Shown here piece after piece: positions 37,701 to 51,150 of a stretch of 64,000 nt of DNA (its first letter is position 1; each line of letters opens with the position of its first letter). Below the pieces are notes generated by a model. The model saw only the letters and a program-made list of their open reading frames with translations, searched no databases and was not told the DNA's origin. Source of the stretch: Glaucostegus cemiculus (Eukaryota); assembly GCA_976551045.1 (NCBI GenBank), contig CDPCPM010000148.1, forward strand, positions 1,178,001 to 1,242,000, in the 5' to 3' direction. The translations under genes were made by a program, and so were the position numbers.

Positions 37701-38655
37701 ATTATCCTTATTCCGAATTCCTTTCTTGAATTCACTTGCAGCTTCTCTGCATTGCTCCCGTGCTCTGGCCAACTTCCGAAGATCTTCATGCTTTGTTCAT
37801 CTTGACGAAGTTCATTACTTCTCAGGAAATACAAGATTCCCTTGATATCAATGTCATGTCATTCCTTTTAACCGGGAAATACCTATCCTGTACGGTCGGT
37901 ATTTGATCTTTAAACACTTTCCACATGATCGACGTGGATTTGAGAGCAAAACTTTGAGTCTAGTATACTCTACCTAGTTCCTGCCTTACGCCTTCATAAT
38001 TAGCCATCCACCAAATTAAAACCGTCCCGGCAGCCCCATACCTGTCCTTATAGAAAGCTATCCTGCAAGTTAATGAGCTGTGGGCACTGTTCCCCAACTG
38101 CTCCCCCTCTGGTAGTTGAGTCACCTGGACAGGCTCATGACGCAAAACCACGTTCAGAATGTTCTTTCGCCCTGTTCGACTATCCACATATTGATGAACG
38201 AAGCCCGACTGGATACAGCGAACGACATCTAACCGATATACCCCCATTGGCAATAAAGATCCCTGTTTATCTCAGGGAAGTTGAAGTCTCCCATGACCAC
38301 AATGCTGTATTTTTTTTTTCATTTTCCGTAACCTGTTTGCAATCCTCCATCAATGTCCGGGTGACAATTGGGAAGTCTATATTATGACCTCAAGAGAGTG
38401 ATTGCACCCTACCTATTCATGAGTTCTGCCCATATAGACTCTGTATCTGAGACCTCCGTTACGTCAACCCGGAATGCAGCTGATATGTTGTCTCTAATTA
38501 GTATTGCAACTCCTCCCCCTCTTTTACTCCCCTCTCTCTTGTTCTAAAATTTCTAAATCCTGATACATAGATCACCACATATTTCCGTCCCTCCCCCAAC
38601 CGAGTCTCTGTAATGGCCACAACATCATAGCTTCATCTGCTGATCCATGCTCTAA
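34755..38655 (-). mobile_element. CR1 LINE ORF2, degraded and possibly composite
   Basis: LYKSLVRPDLEYCVQFW, VNWIRNW..RRQRVV, VPEDWRIAYVIPL, GDFNFP. A discontinuity occurs at about 37390-37560. Confidence 0.88.
35368..36045 (-). mobile_element. Rex1/Babar-type LINE 3' end nested in CR1
   Basis: VERVSSFKFLGTHITEDLSW..KAQQHLYFLRQL..FYRCAIESILTYGITAWY; (TTCAAGA)n tail next to a minus-strand AATAAA. Confidence 0.85.
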
Positions 38656-40059
38656 GTTCATCACTGACAGATCATAAAAATAATAAGAACAATAATAACA
38701 ACAGCAAGTATTATTATTATCATAATAGTGGTCCGAGTAGCAAGTGTATATTGGTATTTGCTTTTTATTATCCAATGTCCCTGGATACAGTGAATAAAGA
38801 AAATGAACGATTGCAAAAAGTGTATTGAATACATCTGCCGAGAGCCCGTTCAAAGAGTCGCCACGTTCCGCAGTTTTGTGGTAGAATTTAGTGAAGTCAT
38901 TGAAGAGAATCATGGATTCATGTTGGATTCGTGCGGATGTGTGGTTGATGATCGGTAGAGAGTTCATGGGTCGAAAACTCCATGTTTCCTTCCTGTTCAA
39001 CTTGTTAACAGTAACTGTTCGGCTTCCAAACATTGTTGATACCGGTCTCTGACGCAATTCACCAAGGACTATCTCATTGAATATCAGCAACCACAGCGGG
39101 ATCGCATCGGATTCTCTTGCATTTTGTCAAAGCAGCTCACAACGCTGAAGGAGGCCTCTGATTCAATGCTGGTTCACAGTGCAACTTAACAGCACCGCAA
39201 ATCTAACTCTGTTTCCTATTCTCCCCATTCTGCTCCTCCGTCCATCTCCCAACGAGATTCCGCAGGACTGATGACGTCAGCTCCAGGTCAAGACACCAAC
39301 TCTGCACCGATTCCAGTCGCCAGATTCAACCTCTGCAGGGCTGTAATAACATCCTCGCACCGATGCCTTCACAATAAAATGGACATTCTCTGCGCCTTTC
39401 GTACCACTGACTAATCCCTCGTTGGCAAAACAAGGCACAGTCTTTAATGGACTCATAGTGTTGTCGAGCACAGAAACGGGCTCTTCAGCCCACCACGTCT
39501 GTGCAGACAATTTTTTTTCCGATCCTCAGGAGTGCCATGAGCCTGCATTATCTTTCCATGATTTGCCGACTGATGTACATGTCTGAATGTCTCTTCAACG
39601 TAGGATCGGATCCCAACAACTACTCTGCAGTTCCGGATATGAACCCACCACTGTGGAAAAAGTACATGCCGCTCACATTTCCTGCAGAGCTCATTCCTCT
39701 CAGTTTAAACATTTCCCGGTTCCCTTCGATACCCCAGCAGGGGATTAGGTATTTGACTATCCACACTGTCTTTGCCTCTCCTCAGACGAGGTACAGCGAT
39801 CTGATTCATTATCATTCATCAGACATTTTTTCCAAAATATTAACTGGAAGAGAAGCCGCCCATTAGCGGTCAACCTGACAAAGGTTAAGTGCACATCCAT
39901 TCAATCCCGGGAGATGATTGAATGACATCACTTGCATGCCCTTGCGCTTTTTGTGCTAAATTAGCCACTTCAGTCAATGGGCCTGAAATAATGTCTGTGA
40001 TGACGTGGCTAAAATGATGTTGCAGATTCAATTCTCATGAGATTTAACCCTGTGTTCGA

Positions 40060-40066
40060 TATAAAT
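40060..40066 (+). promoter_or_regulatory. TATA-like box of copy D
   Basis: TATAAAT 80 nt upstream of the ATG at 40140. Confidence 0.5.
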
Positions 40067-40139
40067 TGGGAACACTTGTTCAGAGTCTCTGCTGGAGCAC
40101 TCGCAGACAGAGTGACAGAGGGCGCCGCCTTTGACTACA

Positions 40140-41595
40140 ATGGGAATTGGATACACAATAATCAGGAGAATCGAGCGTATTTATTATCCTGCGATTTCAG
40201 CCATTGGTATTCCTGGTAAGGCTCGTGTATCGCAGTCAATGACGTGAACTGCGATGCGATTCACGGCTTCGGAGCTCACTCTCTCTGTGGATTGCATCTC
40301 TGTGGATTGTTAGATAAGCACATGGAAGAATGTGGAATAGTAGGATATGAGGGTGGAAAGAATTAGTTTGGGAGATGTTTGTAGGATGGCACAGCTTGAT
40401 GGGCCGAAGGGCCTGTTCTGTGCTGTATTGTTCTATTGTTCTATTGTTTCTATTGTTCTATTGACATGACGTTTCATTATTTACTATCCCTAAAGAAAAC
40501 CGGCCCTTCACAGTGCAGGGCAGGCGGGGTCTGAGTAATAGATCCGATTCTCTGCAATTTGTGTAATTTCGTGCCAAATTTCACCATAATATTTTGCGTC
40601 TAACGACAAGCAATAATTTATCTGCTTCTTTCTTTCTCTTACAGTTAACCTGGTTGCAATTGTAATTCTGTGCCGGGGAAGGTGCGGTCTCTCCAAATGT
40701 ATCACTCGCTACCTGGTGGCCATGGCGGCGGCCGACGTCCTGGTCGTTCTCACTGATCCATTACTGAGGTGGACTGGTTGAATTTATTTCCCGGATTCAT
40801 TTCTTCGCATCACTCCCGTGTGCAGTCTCACTGTCGTCCTACTTTCTGCTGCCACGAATGTCTCTGTTTGGCTGACGGTCGCTTTCACCTTTGATCGATT
40901 TCTGGCCATTTTCTGTGAGAAGCGGAAAGCAAAATCTTGCACCGAGAGAACGGCGGCTCTGGTTATAAGGACAGTGAGTGTGCTGAGCTGTCTGTTGGCC
41001 GCACCATGGTACTTTACTCAGAAAGAGAAACGTATCATTAATGGTGTTCCCTGAGGCTGCAAAGCGAATCCGTGCGCCCTCATTTCATAGGCCTGGGCCG
41101 CATTTGACATGGGTTACCGCGTCTTAACGCCTCTCCCCTTTGTTCAGGTGCATCTTGGTATCCAGTCGGGTTCGTAAGGGACTACGGGTCCGCAGCAATG
41201 GAGGGAATGACAAGGATCCGGAGATGGAGAACCGTAGGAAGTCTATCGTTTTACACTTCTGTAACACTGCCAGTTTCATCTTGTTGTGGATGACGAATGT
41301 TGTGTACAGCTCTTACGGAAAAATTGCACACAATAATATGGGCTTAAGTGATCCGCTTGCTGTCACGCAAAATACAGCATTCATGTTGCAGCTTCTCAGT
41401 TCCTGCACCAATACCTGTATTTACGTCCTGACACAGAGCAGATTCAGAGGGGAGATGAAGAACGCGGTGAAGTTCCCAGTGACATTAATTGCTAAATGTA
41501 TCAAACTGGAAGAGAAACACTTGAAGAGTTTCGATCACTGGAATCACGTCCTCCAACTCACTCTGCCACACTCGTTCCACATTCCATTCATGTGA
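40140..41595 (+). pseudogene. GPR139-like GPCR copy D (exon 1 40140-40215; exon 2 from 40645)
   Basis: MGIGYTIIRRIERIYYPAISAIGIP|VNLVAIVILCRGRCGLSKCITRYLVAMAAADVLVV. In-frame TGA at 40779, TGA at 41052 and TAG at 41088, plus a deletion in TM5 near 41140. Confidence 0.93.
40300..40463 (+). mobile_element. 5'-truncated CR1 tail in the intron of copy D
   Basis: Resembles 32420-32565; GGGCCGAAGGGCCTGTT followed by (TTCTATTG)n. Confidence 0.88.
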
Positions 41596-41991
41596 ATAAC
41601 TCCCAATAATTCCTTTTGTCCTCTATCCCTCTTGCATATCTCTGTGCAGTCTTGTTTGTTGCACGCCCGCCTCGGTAAGCGTTTCTTACGATCTCCACTA
41701 TCGATGGGCCTCATGATTTGTCTTCCACCATCATGTCAACCCTCGGTATCTTCCACTCCGGCAATGACAGATTCAGCTTAACAAATCTCTTCATGTAACT
41801 GAAACACTCCAACGCAGGCAACTTCCTGCAGAATCTCGACAACATCACAAACGCGCGTCCACGAGGACCCATACAACATTTCTGGACATCGCCGAATAAA
41901 AGTTTGTGTTCATTAACAGCTCATTAAACTGATTGTGTAACTCTGTACATTATTTATCTATAGTCTTTAATGATTAATTTTGGATATTGGA

Positions 41992-42184
41992 AGTGATCTG
42001 CAGACCCCCCGGAGCAGCAGAGACACTGAGGAGCAGCTCAGGAGGAAGATCTTGGAGAGTGCAATAATAACAGGGTGGTTGCTGTGGGTGATTTCAACTT
42101 CCCCGATATTGATTGCACTCTCTTTAGTCTAAACGGCTTAGATGGGGTGGAGTTTTTTTTTGTTTGTGTCCAGGAAGGATTCCC
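41992..42184 (+). mobile_element. CR1 endonuclease fragment
   Basis: VVAVGDFNFPDID..CVQEGF, equivalent to 24745-24930. Confidence 0.85.
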
Positions 42185-45100
42185 TTTATTTTTTCTTTTT
42201 ACAATATTTTTTATCGTATCTATGAAAAAATACAGAGTACACGCATCAAGAAAGAGAATTAAAATACTACTGAATACGTTGTATGAAATCATACTTAGAT
42301 TACAATACTCTAAATTAATAATCACATATAGTAGTTGTCTAATTAAGGAGGAAAAAATGAAGTATTTTCTGATAAAAAGATCTACTCGCACTACCAAACC
42401 CCGAAGCTGTTGGACGAAAAAAAAAACTAGGGAATCCCTCTAAAACGTAACCGTCTCAGCCAATGTCGGCGTTCTCATCCCCAAATCCGAGATTTTGAAA
42501 GTAATTCAAAACACGTCCCCGCAGGGTTTGTAAATCTCGGTTAGGTTCACGAACTGAACAGCGAATCTTTTTCAGATTCAGGTATGACGTAACATCCCAT
42601 AACCATTGAGCATGAGTCGGCGCAGTAACGACATCAACGTGAGAGAAATCAAAGCCAGAATATGTAAATCAGAAGCCTTCAAGGTCATATTTTTTTTCTC
42701 CAACAATCCCAAATGGTGCAGTGAAAGGATTAATCTTAAAATTTACTTTGATAATTACAGAAAAAGTATGAAAATCTTCTGTCCAAAATTGTTTAAGACT
42801 CTGACACGTACAAAACGTGAGAATTAAGGAAGCCACTCCGTAATTGCATTTGTCACAGTAAGGAGATATGTCAGAATAAAATCGGGATAATTTATCTTTA
42901 GACCAGTGCACTCTATGGACTACTTTAAATTGAAGGAGTGAATGACGAGCACATAATGACGAAACATTAACAAACTTGAAAATTTCGTCGCAAGTTTGCT
43001 CCGAAATTGACATCTGCAAATCTGGTTCCCGACCTTTTTTGAACTTTATCTAGTGGCGCCTTACTCATTCCTAGTAATCTGTCTTATCTATTAGATATTG
43101 ACCCATCATAAGGAGGTTCCAAATTAAAACTAACATCGAATCAATTCTTACCAGAACTCAAAGGGAAATAATGTAAATGAGATCGAAGAAAATCTCTAAT
43201 TTGTAAATATCTAAAAAATGAGTTTTGGTAGATTACACTTCGTAGACAATTGTTCAAACGAGACAAGTTTTCTTCCAACAAACTGATCCTGCAAACAAGT
43301 CATACCTACTTTGTCCCACTCTTTATAAACTAAATCAGTCATAGAAGGTTTAAAAAGTAATTAAACAAAATGGGACTGGACAAAGAAAAACTCAATAAAC
43401 CAAAATATTTTCTAAATTTTACCAAATCGTCAAAACACGTTTAACTATTAAATTATCTGTTAGTTTATTTAATGATATTGGAAGTGAAGAATCAAGGAAA
43501 TGAATAATAGATTTTTCTAACAGAATTAATTTCCGAAGAGACGCATACTGGATGAATTTCTTGATTAACGTAATGTAACCAAAACGTAAGATTGCGTATA
43601 TTGACTGCCCAGTAATAAAAGCTAAAATTAGGTAAGGCTAATCCTCCGTTCTATTTAACCTTCTGACGGTGAACTTTATTTCGTCTAGAATGTTTATTAT
43701 TCCATCTATAGGAAGAAATAATTGACTCAAGAGAGACAAAGAACGATTTGGGAATAAAACAGGTAAAAGCCGAAATAGGTATATAAATTTATGTAAAATG
43801 TTAATTTTAGTAACATTAATTCGGCCAATCAATGACGTTGAAGGGAGAGACCAACTTGGTTAAACCCTTTTCACATAGTGCAGTAAGGTGAAAAAACACC
43901 TTTGAATAAATGCTCATAACTTTTAGTAATTGACACCCCCCGATTGGTAAAATGTTTTCTTAGGAATCTGAGGGATGTTGTTATCGACTGATACCAAGTT
44001 ATTCAGAGAAAAATGTTCACTCTTGTATATGTTCAATTTGCAGCCTGAAAAATGACTAAAGCGAGAAGGTAATGAAAGGATAGGAAGTAAGGAGGTTTCA
44101 ACGTTGGAAGTAAAGGGTAATAAATCAGCAGCATGTAAAGAAATTTTATGGTTAATACCTCTGCTGGAGAAACCAAAGATGCCTCTAGATTCTCGGAGAG
44201 CAGTAGCTGAAGGTTCTAAGGCCAAATCAAAGAGCAAAGGGCTCACAGGTCATCCCTGTCTGGTTCCAGATTGAAGTTTAAAAGATTTGGAATGTGGAAA
44301 ATCTGTAGGAACTCAAGCAGAAGGGGCTAAATAAAGTAATGTAATCTATTGGATAAAGTCCGACCCAAAATTAAATTTCTCTAATGTTTTAAATAAGTAA
44401 TTCCTTTCAAACTGATCAAAGCCCTTCTCAGCATCTGGAGATATCACACATTCCGGTATTTCCTAAGAAGGCGAATAGATAATATTCAGGAAACGACGAA
44501 TATTAAAATGAGAATATCGATTTTTAATAAAAACGGTCTGATCATCGGATATAATTTTCAAATTTACGAGCTAGAACTTTAGATAAAATGTTAACATCCA
44601 CATTAAGTAGCGAATTTGGTCTGTCCGAAGCGTATTCTGTTGGGTTCTTATTTTTCCTTAGAATAATTAAAATAGAGGCTTCATGAAAAGATTGTGGTAA
44701 TCTAGCTGATATAAAAGAATCCGAAAAGACAGCACCTAATTGAGGTATAAGCAAAGAGGAGAAAGTCTTATAGAATTCTCCAGGAAAATCCGTCAGGACC
44801 CGAAGTCTTTCCGGAATGTAAAAATCGCACAACCTCGGCGATTTCCTTGTCTGCAATAGATTAATCCAACTGTTTCTGATTTTCAGTGGAAACTATAGGA
44901 ACGTTTAATTGGTCCAATAAATTATCCATTACTGTATTATCTTAATGAAAATTAGAACTGTGAGGATTACAATAGAATTATCTAGAAGTATCATGTATTT
45001 CTAAAAGACCAGTTGTCCCTCACCATTGGCTTTCGAAATTTCTTTAATTTTCCGTCCAGTTATGTAGAGTTTTAATTGGCGAGCCAGTAATTTACCAGTT

Positions 45101-46159
45101 TTATCTCCATTAATATAAAATTTGCTGCTATCTTTTAAAAGCTGACATCCAATTGGATAGATTAAAAAGAGATCATGTTTAGTTTTTAGTTTCAAATCGC
45201 CTTTTATGTAAGGTCGGATCTGGATCCAAAACATATCTTTGATCGTATAAATTCAGGTGATCTGGTAAATCAGCTCTTTCTCTGTTAGCTTTTTTTTTCC
45301 CGGATGCTTGCGGTATAATGAGTAACTTGACCTTCAATAAAGTCTTTGAAATTATCCCAAACGATAAGACTAGAAAACTCTTCCAACGAATTATCTTAAC
45401 AAAAAGAGTAATTTGTTTTTCCACTAATTGGGAAAAAAATACAGATAACAAGTTTAGTTTAAAACGCTAACATCTCTTTATCTGAGGGGGGCCAGGGACA
45501 TTTAAAGAGAGAAACATGGGAACATGATCTGAAAGAGCAATCTCTTCATAGTCACAGGTTCGAACTGATGAAATCATTTGATAATCAATGCAAAAGTCAT
45601 CACTCCTGGAATAAGTATGGTGAACCTGAGTGAAGAAGGAATATTCATTATCCTCTTAATGCAAAAAACGCCAGGCGTCAATAACCCTGGTTTTCATTAA
45701 AAACGAATGAAGAAAAAATAAGCTGATTTATTAGGAGCAGCTAATTTAGTGAATGACTGATCTAATTTGGGATCTAACCAGAGATTAACATCTCATCCCA
45801 CCACCAAAGATTAAAAACTCAAATTTGGCAGGAATGAGAAAACTCGTTCAAAAGATCCCGTGCCGTCCGTATTTGGAGCAACAATATTAGCCAATACCAT
45901 TGGTCAATTGCTTATTTTCCCAAATATTATAACAAAGTGACCATGAGGATCACTTATGACCTTGTGTTGGTCAAATGAATCGGTCTTATCTATAAAATTG
46001 AAACCCCTCAAAGTTTGGCTTGCAATTGGAGCCTATTTTATCGGTTAATAAAAAAAAACCATAATATATCACACTTGTGAATATGCGTTTCTTGTAACCA
46101 AAAAAAAATTCTGTTTAAGTTTTTTTTGTTAATTTTGGCAATTTTTGTTCTGCTTCTAA

Positions 46160-47018
46160 GTATGGACAGGTTGGGTGAATGGGCGGAAACTTGGCAGATG
46201 AAGTTTAATGTGGAAAAGTGTGAGGTTATTCACTTTGGGAACAGGAACGGGAAGGCGAATTATTTTCTGAATGGTGTGGAGCTTGGCAAGGGGGAAAAAC
46301 AAAGGGATTTAGGAGTATGTGTGCATCATTCACTGAAAGTGAATGAACAAGTCCAGCAGGCAGCAGCGAAGGCAAATGGAATGTTGGCCTGTATTACAAG
46401 GGGAATTGAGTGCAAAAGCAAATAGATTCTTCTGCATTTGTACAGGGCCCTGGTGAGACCACTGCTAGAGTATTGCGTACAGTTTTGGTCTCCGGGATTA
46501 AGGAAAGATATCCTGGCTATAGAGGGTGTGAAGCGTAGGTTCACAAGGTTAATTCCGGGGATGTCAGGACTGGCTTATGCTGAGAGGTTGGAGAGACTGG
46601 GTTTGTACACGCTAGAATTGAGAAGATTAAGAGGGGATCTGATTGAGACTTATAAGATTATTAAAGGTTTGGACAGGATAGAGGTAGGAAATATGTTCCA
46701 GATGTTGGGCAAATCCAGGACCAGAGGGCATGAGCTAAGAATTAAGGGTATGCCATTTAGGACAGAAGTGAGGAGAAACTTCTTCTCACAAAGGGTGGTA
46801 AATCTGTGGAATGCACTGCCTCAGAGGGCAGTGGAGGCCAATACACTGGGCACTTTCAAGGAAGAGTTAGATAGGTTTCTTATAGATAGGGGAATCAGGG
46901 GGTATGGGGACAAGGCAGGAACAGGTTATTGAGGGTAGATGATCAGCCATGATCTCAAAATGGCGGAGCAGGCTCGAAGGGCCGAAAGGTCTACTTCTGC
47001 TCCTATTGTCTATTGTCT
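46160..47018 (+). mobile_element. 5'-truncated CR1, well preserved, nested in L1
   Basis: WQMKFNVEKCEVIHFG..LYRALVRPLLEYCVQFW..FFSQRVVNLWNALP; tail GAAGGGCCGAA...(CTATTGT)n. Confidence 0.93.
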
Positions 47019-47415
47019 ATGATTTAAGCCTCTTACGGTAAAAACTAAATAAATTAATAACTCGATCCATCATAGCATTATTTAAATGTGGGTTAAAAAA
47101 GAAAAATAGCAAAAGAAGCACTACAATTACGGATAAGGTAACTGGGCAGCAGATTTGGCTGACAGCCCAGAACAGATTCCCAGGAAACCCACAAACCTCT
47201 CCCAACAGCCAAAGGAAAGAAGCCAACTAAGAAATAGCTCTCACCAAGCGAGAGACTGCATAACCCAAATTATCTCTGTTTAATAGCTTCAAGGTTAGGA
47301 AAGTTCCAAAAAACACATAACAATGAGATAAACACATAAACCACGGTTAACGATTGTAAAATACAAGTGTTGTTAGTTCAACACAACTTAAAATGGTTGT
47401 TCCTTTTTCTTATTT

Positions 47416-50400
47416 CAAGATCACAAGATCACAGGATAATGGAGAAGAAGCAGGCCAGTCGGCCCATCGAGTCTGCTCCAAAGGGAAGGGAGGGTGGGGA
47501 TAAGAGGATAAAAGAGAAAAAAAAAACAATTCTAAGTCCGAATCCCTGCCTTATCTCCATATCCCTTGATACCTTGACCAATTAGATATCTACATATTTC
47601 CTTCTTGAATATCCACAATGATCTGGCTTCCACTGCTTTCTGTGGTAAGGAGTTCCACAGGTTCACCACGCTCTGCCTAAAGAAATTCCTCCTTATCTCT
47701 GTTTTGAACCTGCTTCCTCTAATTCTAAGGTTGTGTCCTCTAGTCCTGGATTCCCCCACCAAGGGAAACAGCTTGACCACATTCACTTTGTCCATTCCTT
47801 TCAACATCTTGTACCTTTCTATTAGGTTTCCTCTCATTCTTCTGTACTCTCACGAGTACAGTCCAAGAGACGACAGTCGCTCATCATATGAAAGCTTTTT
47901 CATTCCAGGAATCATCCTAGTAAATCTCCTCTGAACCCTCTCCAACATCAGCACATCCTTCCTGAGATATGGGGCCCAAACCTGCACACAGTACTCTAAG
48001 TAAGGCCTCACCAGTGCCCCGTATAGCCTCATCAACACTTCCTTGCTTTTACATACTATACCCCTCGAAATAAATGCCAACATAGCATTCGCTTTCCTTA
48101 CCGTCGATCCAACCTGGCGGTTACCCTTTAGGTTATCCAGTACGAGCACCCCTAAGTCCCTTTGTAGTTCTGTGCTTCCAGTTTTATCTCCTTCTAGATA
48201 ATATTCTGTCCGTCTATTTCTACTTCCGAAGTGTACAACTGCACATTTTTTCCACGTTGAACCTCATCTGCCATTTCTTCGCCCATTCTCCTAGACTATC
48301 CAAGTCTGTCTGTAACTTTCCTGTCTCCTCACTCTCTTCCCACCGCCCCCAATCTTAGTGTCATCTGCAAACTTGGCCACAAATCCATTAACTCCTTCGT
48401 CTAAATCATTAATACGCAAGGTAAAAAGAAGGTGCCCCAACACCGACCCCTGCGGAACACAACTAGTAACCGGCAGCCAACCGGAACAGGAACCTTTTAT
48501 TCCCACCCTCTGTTTCCTGCCATCCAGCCAACGCTCCACCCATTCTGTTATCCTGCCTGTTATTCCGTGATCTCTCATCTTACTAATTCGTCTTTTGTGC
48601 AGCACGTCGAATGCCTTCTGAAAGTCTAAATACACTACATCTATGGCCTCTCCCTTGTCCACCCTACCTGAAATTTCTTCAAAAATCTCAAATAAATTGG
48701 TCAGGCAGGATCTTCCCTTCACGAACCCATGTTGAGTAGGACCTATCTTGTCTTGCACCTCCAAGTATCCCATCACCTCGTCCTTGAGGATCGATTCTAG
48801 TATGTTCCCCACCACAGACGTAAGACTGATAGGTCTGTAATTTCCTTTGTGCTGTCTCCCACATTTCTTATACAATGGAACTACATTCGCGACCTTCCAG
48901 TCCTCCGGAACCTCTCCAGCTTCTATCGATTCCTGAAAAATTATCACTAATGCCTCCACTGTTTCTAAAGCTACTTCCTTCAGTACACGGGGATGTATCT
49001 CATCCGGTCCCGGATACTTATCAGTCTTTAACCCATTTAGCTTCCCCAGCACATCCTCTCTAGTAATCTTAACTGTACTCAATTCCGTCCCTCGAGACCC
49101 TTGACGAACCGGTATATTGTTAATATCTTCCACCGTGACGACCGACGCAAAATACTGATTTAGCACCTCCGCCATCTCTTTATCATCCATAATAATCTCT
49201 CCCGCATCATTTTTTTTCGGTCCTATATCAAACCGCGTCTCTCTTTTACTTCTTATATATTAAAAAAAAACTCTTAGTATCCTTTTGAATGCTCTCTGCC
49301 AATTTCATTTCATTATTTCTATTTTCTAATGACCTTCTTAATTTCCTTCTGTAGGTTCTTAAAAGTTTCCCAGTCTTCTGTTTTCCCGCTTTTTCTTGCT
49401 ACCTTATATGCCCTCCCTTTTGCTCTTATTTTAGCTTTCGCCACCCTCGTTATCCGCATTTGTGTTCTTTTCCCATTGAAAACCTTCTTTTTTTCTTGCA
49501 ATGTATCTATCCTGCATTTTCCTTATTTCTTGCTTAAATTCCATCCATTTATGTTCTGCCGTCCCTCCAGCAAGCTTATATTTCCAATCAATCTGGGCCA
49601 ACTCTTCTCTCATCCTTCTGTAATTCCCCTTGTTCCACTGAAATGTCGACACTCCAGTCATCAGCTTCTCCTTTTCAAAATTCATTCTGAACTCAATCAT
49701 ATTATGGTCACTAGTTCCTAATGGCTCCTTTAGCCTTAGTTCTCTAATCACCTCTGGTTCATTGCACAACACCCAATCCAAAACAGCCGATCCCCTGGTG
49801 GGCTCATCAACAAGTTGTTCCAAAAAGCCGTCCCGTAAACATTCAACAAACTCGCTCTCCTGAGAACTGCTGCCTTGCTGGGTTTCCCAGTCACCTTCAT
49901 GTTAAAGTCACCCATAATTATCTTAACATTGTCACTCTGACATGCCTTTTCTATCTCTAACTGCAACTTATGGTCTACCTCCTGATTGCTATTAGGGGGC
50001 CTATATACAACAACTACAACTGTCCTCTTACTCTTGCTATTTCTTAGTTCAACCCATAAAGTTTCCACTTCATCTGACCTAATGTCCTTCCTTTCTATTG
50101 ATTTTATCTCATTACTAACCATCATGGACACACCACCCCCTCTACCTTCCCGCTTATCCTTCCTATACACTGTGTACCCCTGGACATTGGGCTCCCAGTC
50201 ACATCCATCATGCAGCCGCGTCTCAGTGATTGCCACAATGTCATATTTATTAATCTGCAGCTGTGCTACTCGGTCATCTGCCTTGTTCCTGATGCTACGT
50301 GCATTTAAGTATAATACCTTGAGCTCGTTAACCACTGTTGATTTTGTTGCGCTTCCTTTTTTCAGCAACTTATCCTTAATTTTCATTTCCTCGTCCTTCT

Positions 50401-51150
50401 TTCTATCCTGACTGCTCACTATCATGGACTTCTTTTTATTTGCCTCCGCCTCTAGTCTAACATCCTGTGTCCTAGCATTCTCATTTACTGTTCTACTATC
50501 GTTCAGCATGTTACCCTGATTAATCACTTGCCTGTCCGTCTTGCCATCCTTATCACGCACTAACTTGGACCTATTTTTATAAAACTCCTGCCTTTCTCTA
50601 TCTACTTTTACCCTAATATTCTGGGTCCCATCCCCCTGCTTGATTAGTTTAAACCTTCCCCAACAGCTATGTTAAACAATCCCGCCAGGACACTGGACCC
50701 TTTTGAGTTGAGATGTAACACATCCTTGCAGTATAGCTCCTCCCTCCCCCAAAAAAGGTCCCAATGGTCCAGGAATCTGAAGGCCTGCCCCCTGCACCAG
50801 TCACTATGCCACGCGTTCAATTGCCATTTCTTTCTGTTCCTGCTACTACTTGCGCGTGGCACAGGCAGCAATCCTGAGATTACCACCTTAGGGGTCCTTC
50901 TCCTCAACTTCCTTCCTAACTCTCTGTATTCTTCCTTCAGGAGCCCTTCTCCTTTCCTGCCTATGTTATTGGTGTCAACATGTACCAAGACCTCTGGCTG
51001 TTCCCCCTCTCCCCTCAGAATATTCTGGAACCGGTTCGTGATATCCCTTACCCCGGCACCAGGGAGACAACACACCATCCGGGATACATTGTCAGACTCA
51101 CAGAATTTACTATGTGTACCCCTCACTATCGAATCTCCTATAACCACTAT
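47416..51150 (-). mobile_element. Near full-length CR1 (ORF1 SGNH esterase plus ORF2) nested in L1
   Basis: VVIGDSIVRG..CLPGA..HVDTNNIG..DVLHLN; LYLNARSIRNK; QHGFVKGRSCLTNL..VPQGSVLG..KFADDTK; (CAAGATCA)n tail. Confidence 0.95.

Larger units (their letters stand above)
38705..41985 (+). repeat. Segmental duplication, copy 2
   Basis: Colinear with 19590-23815; the intron is shorter. Confidence 0.92.
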
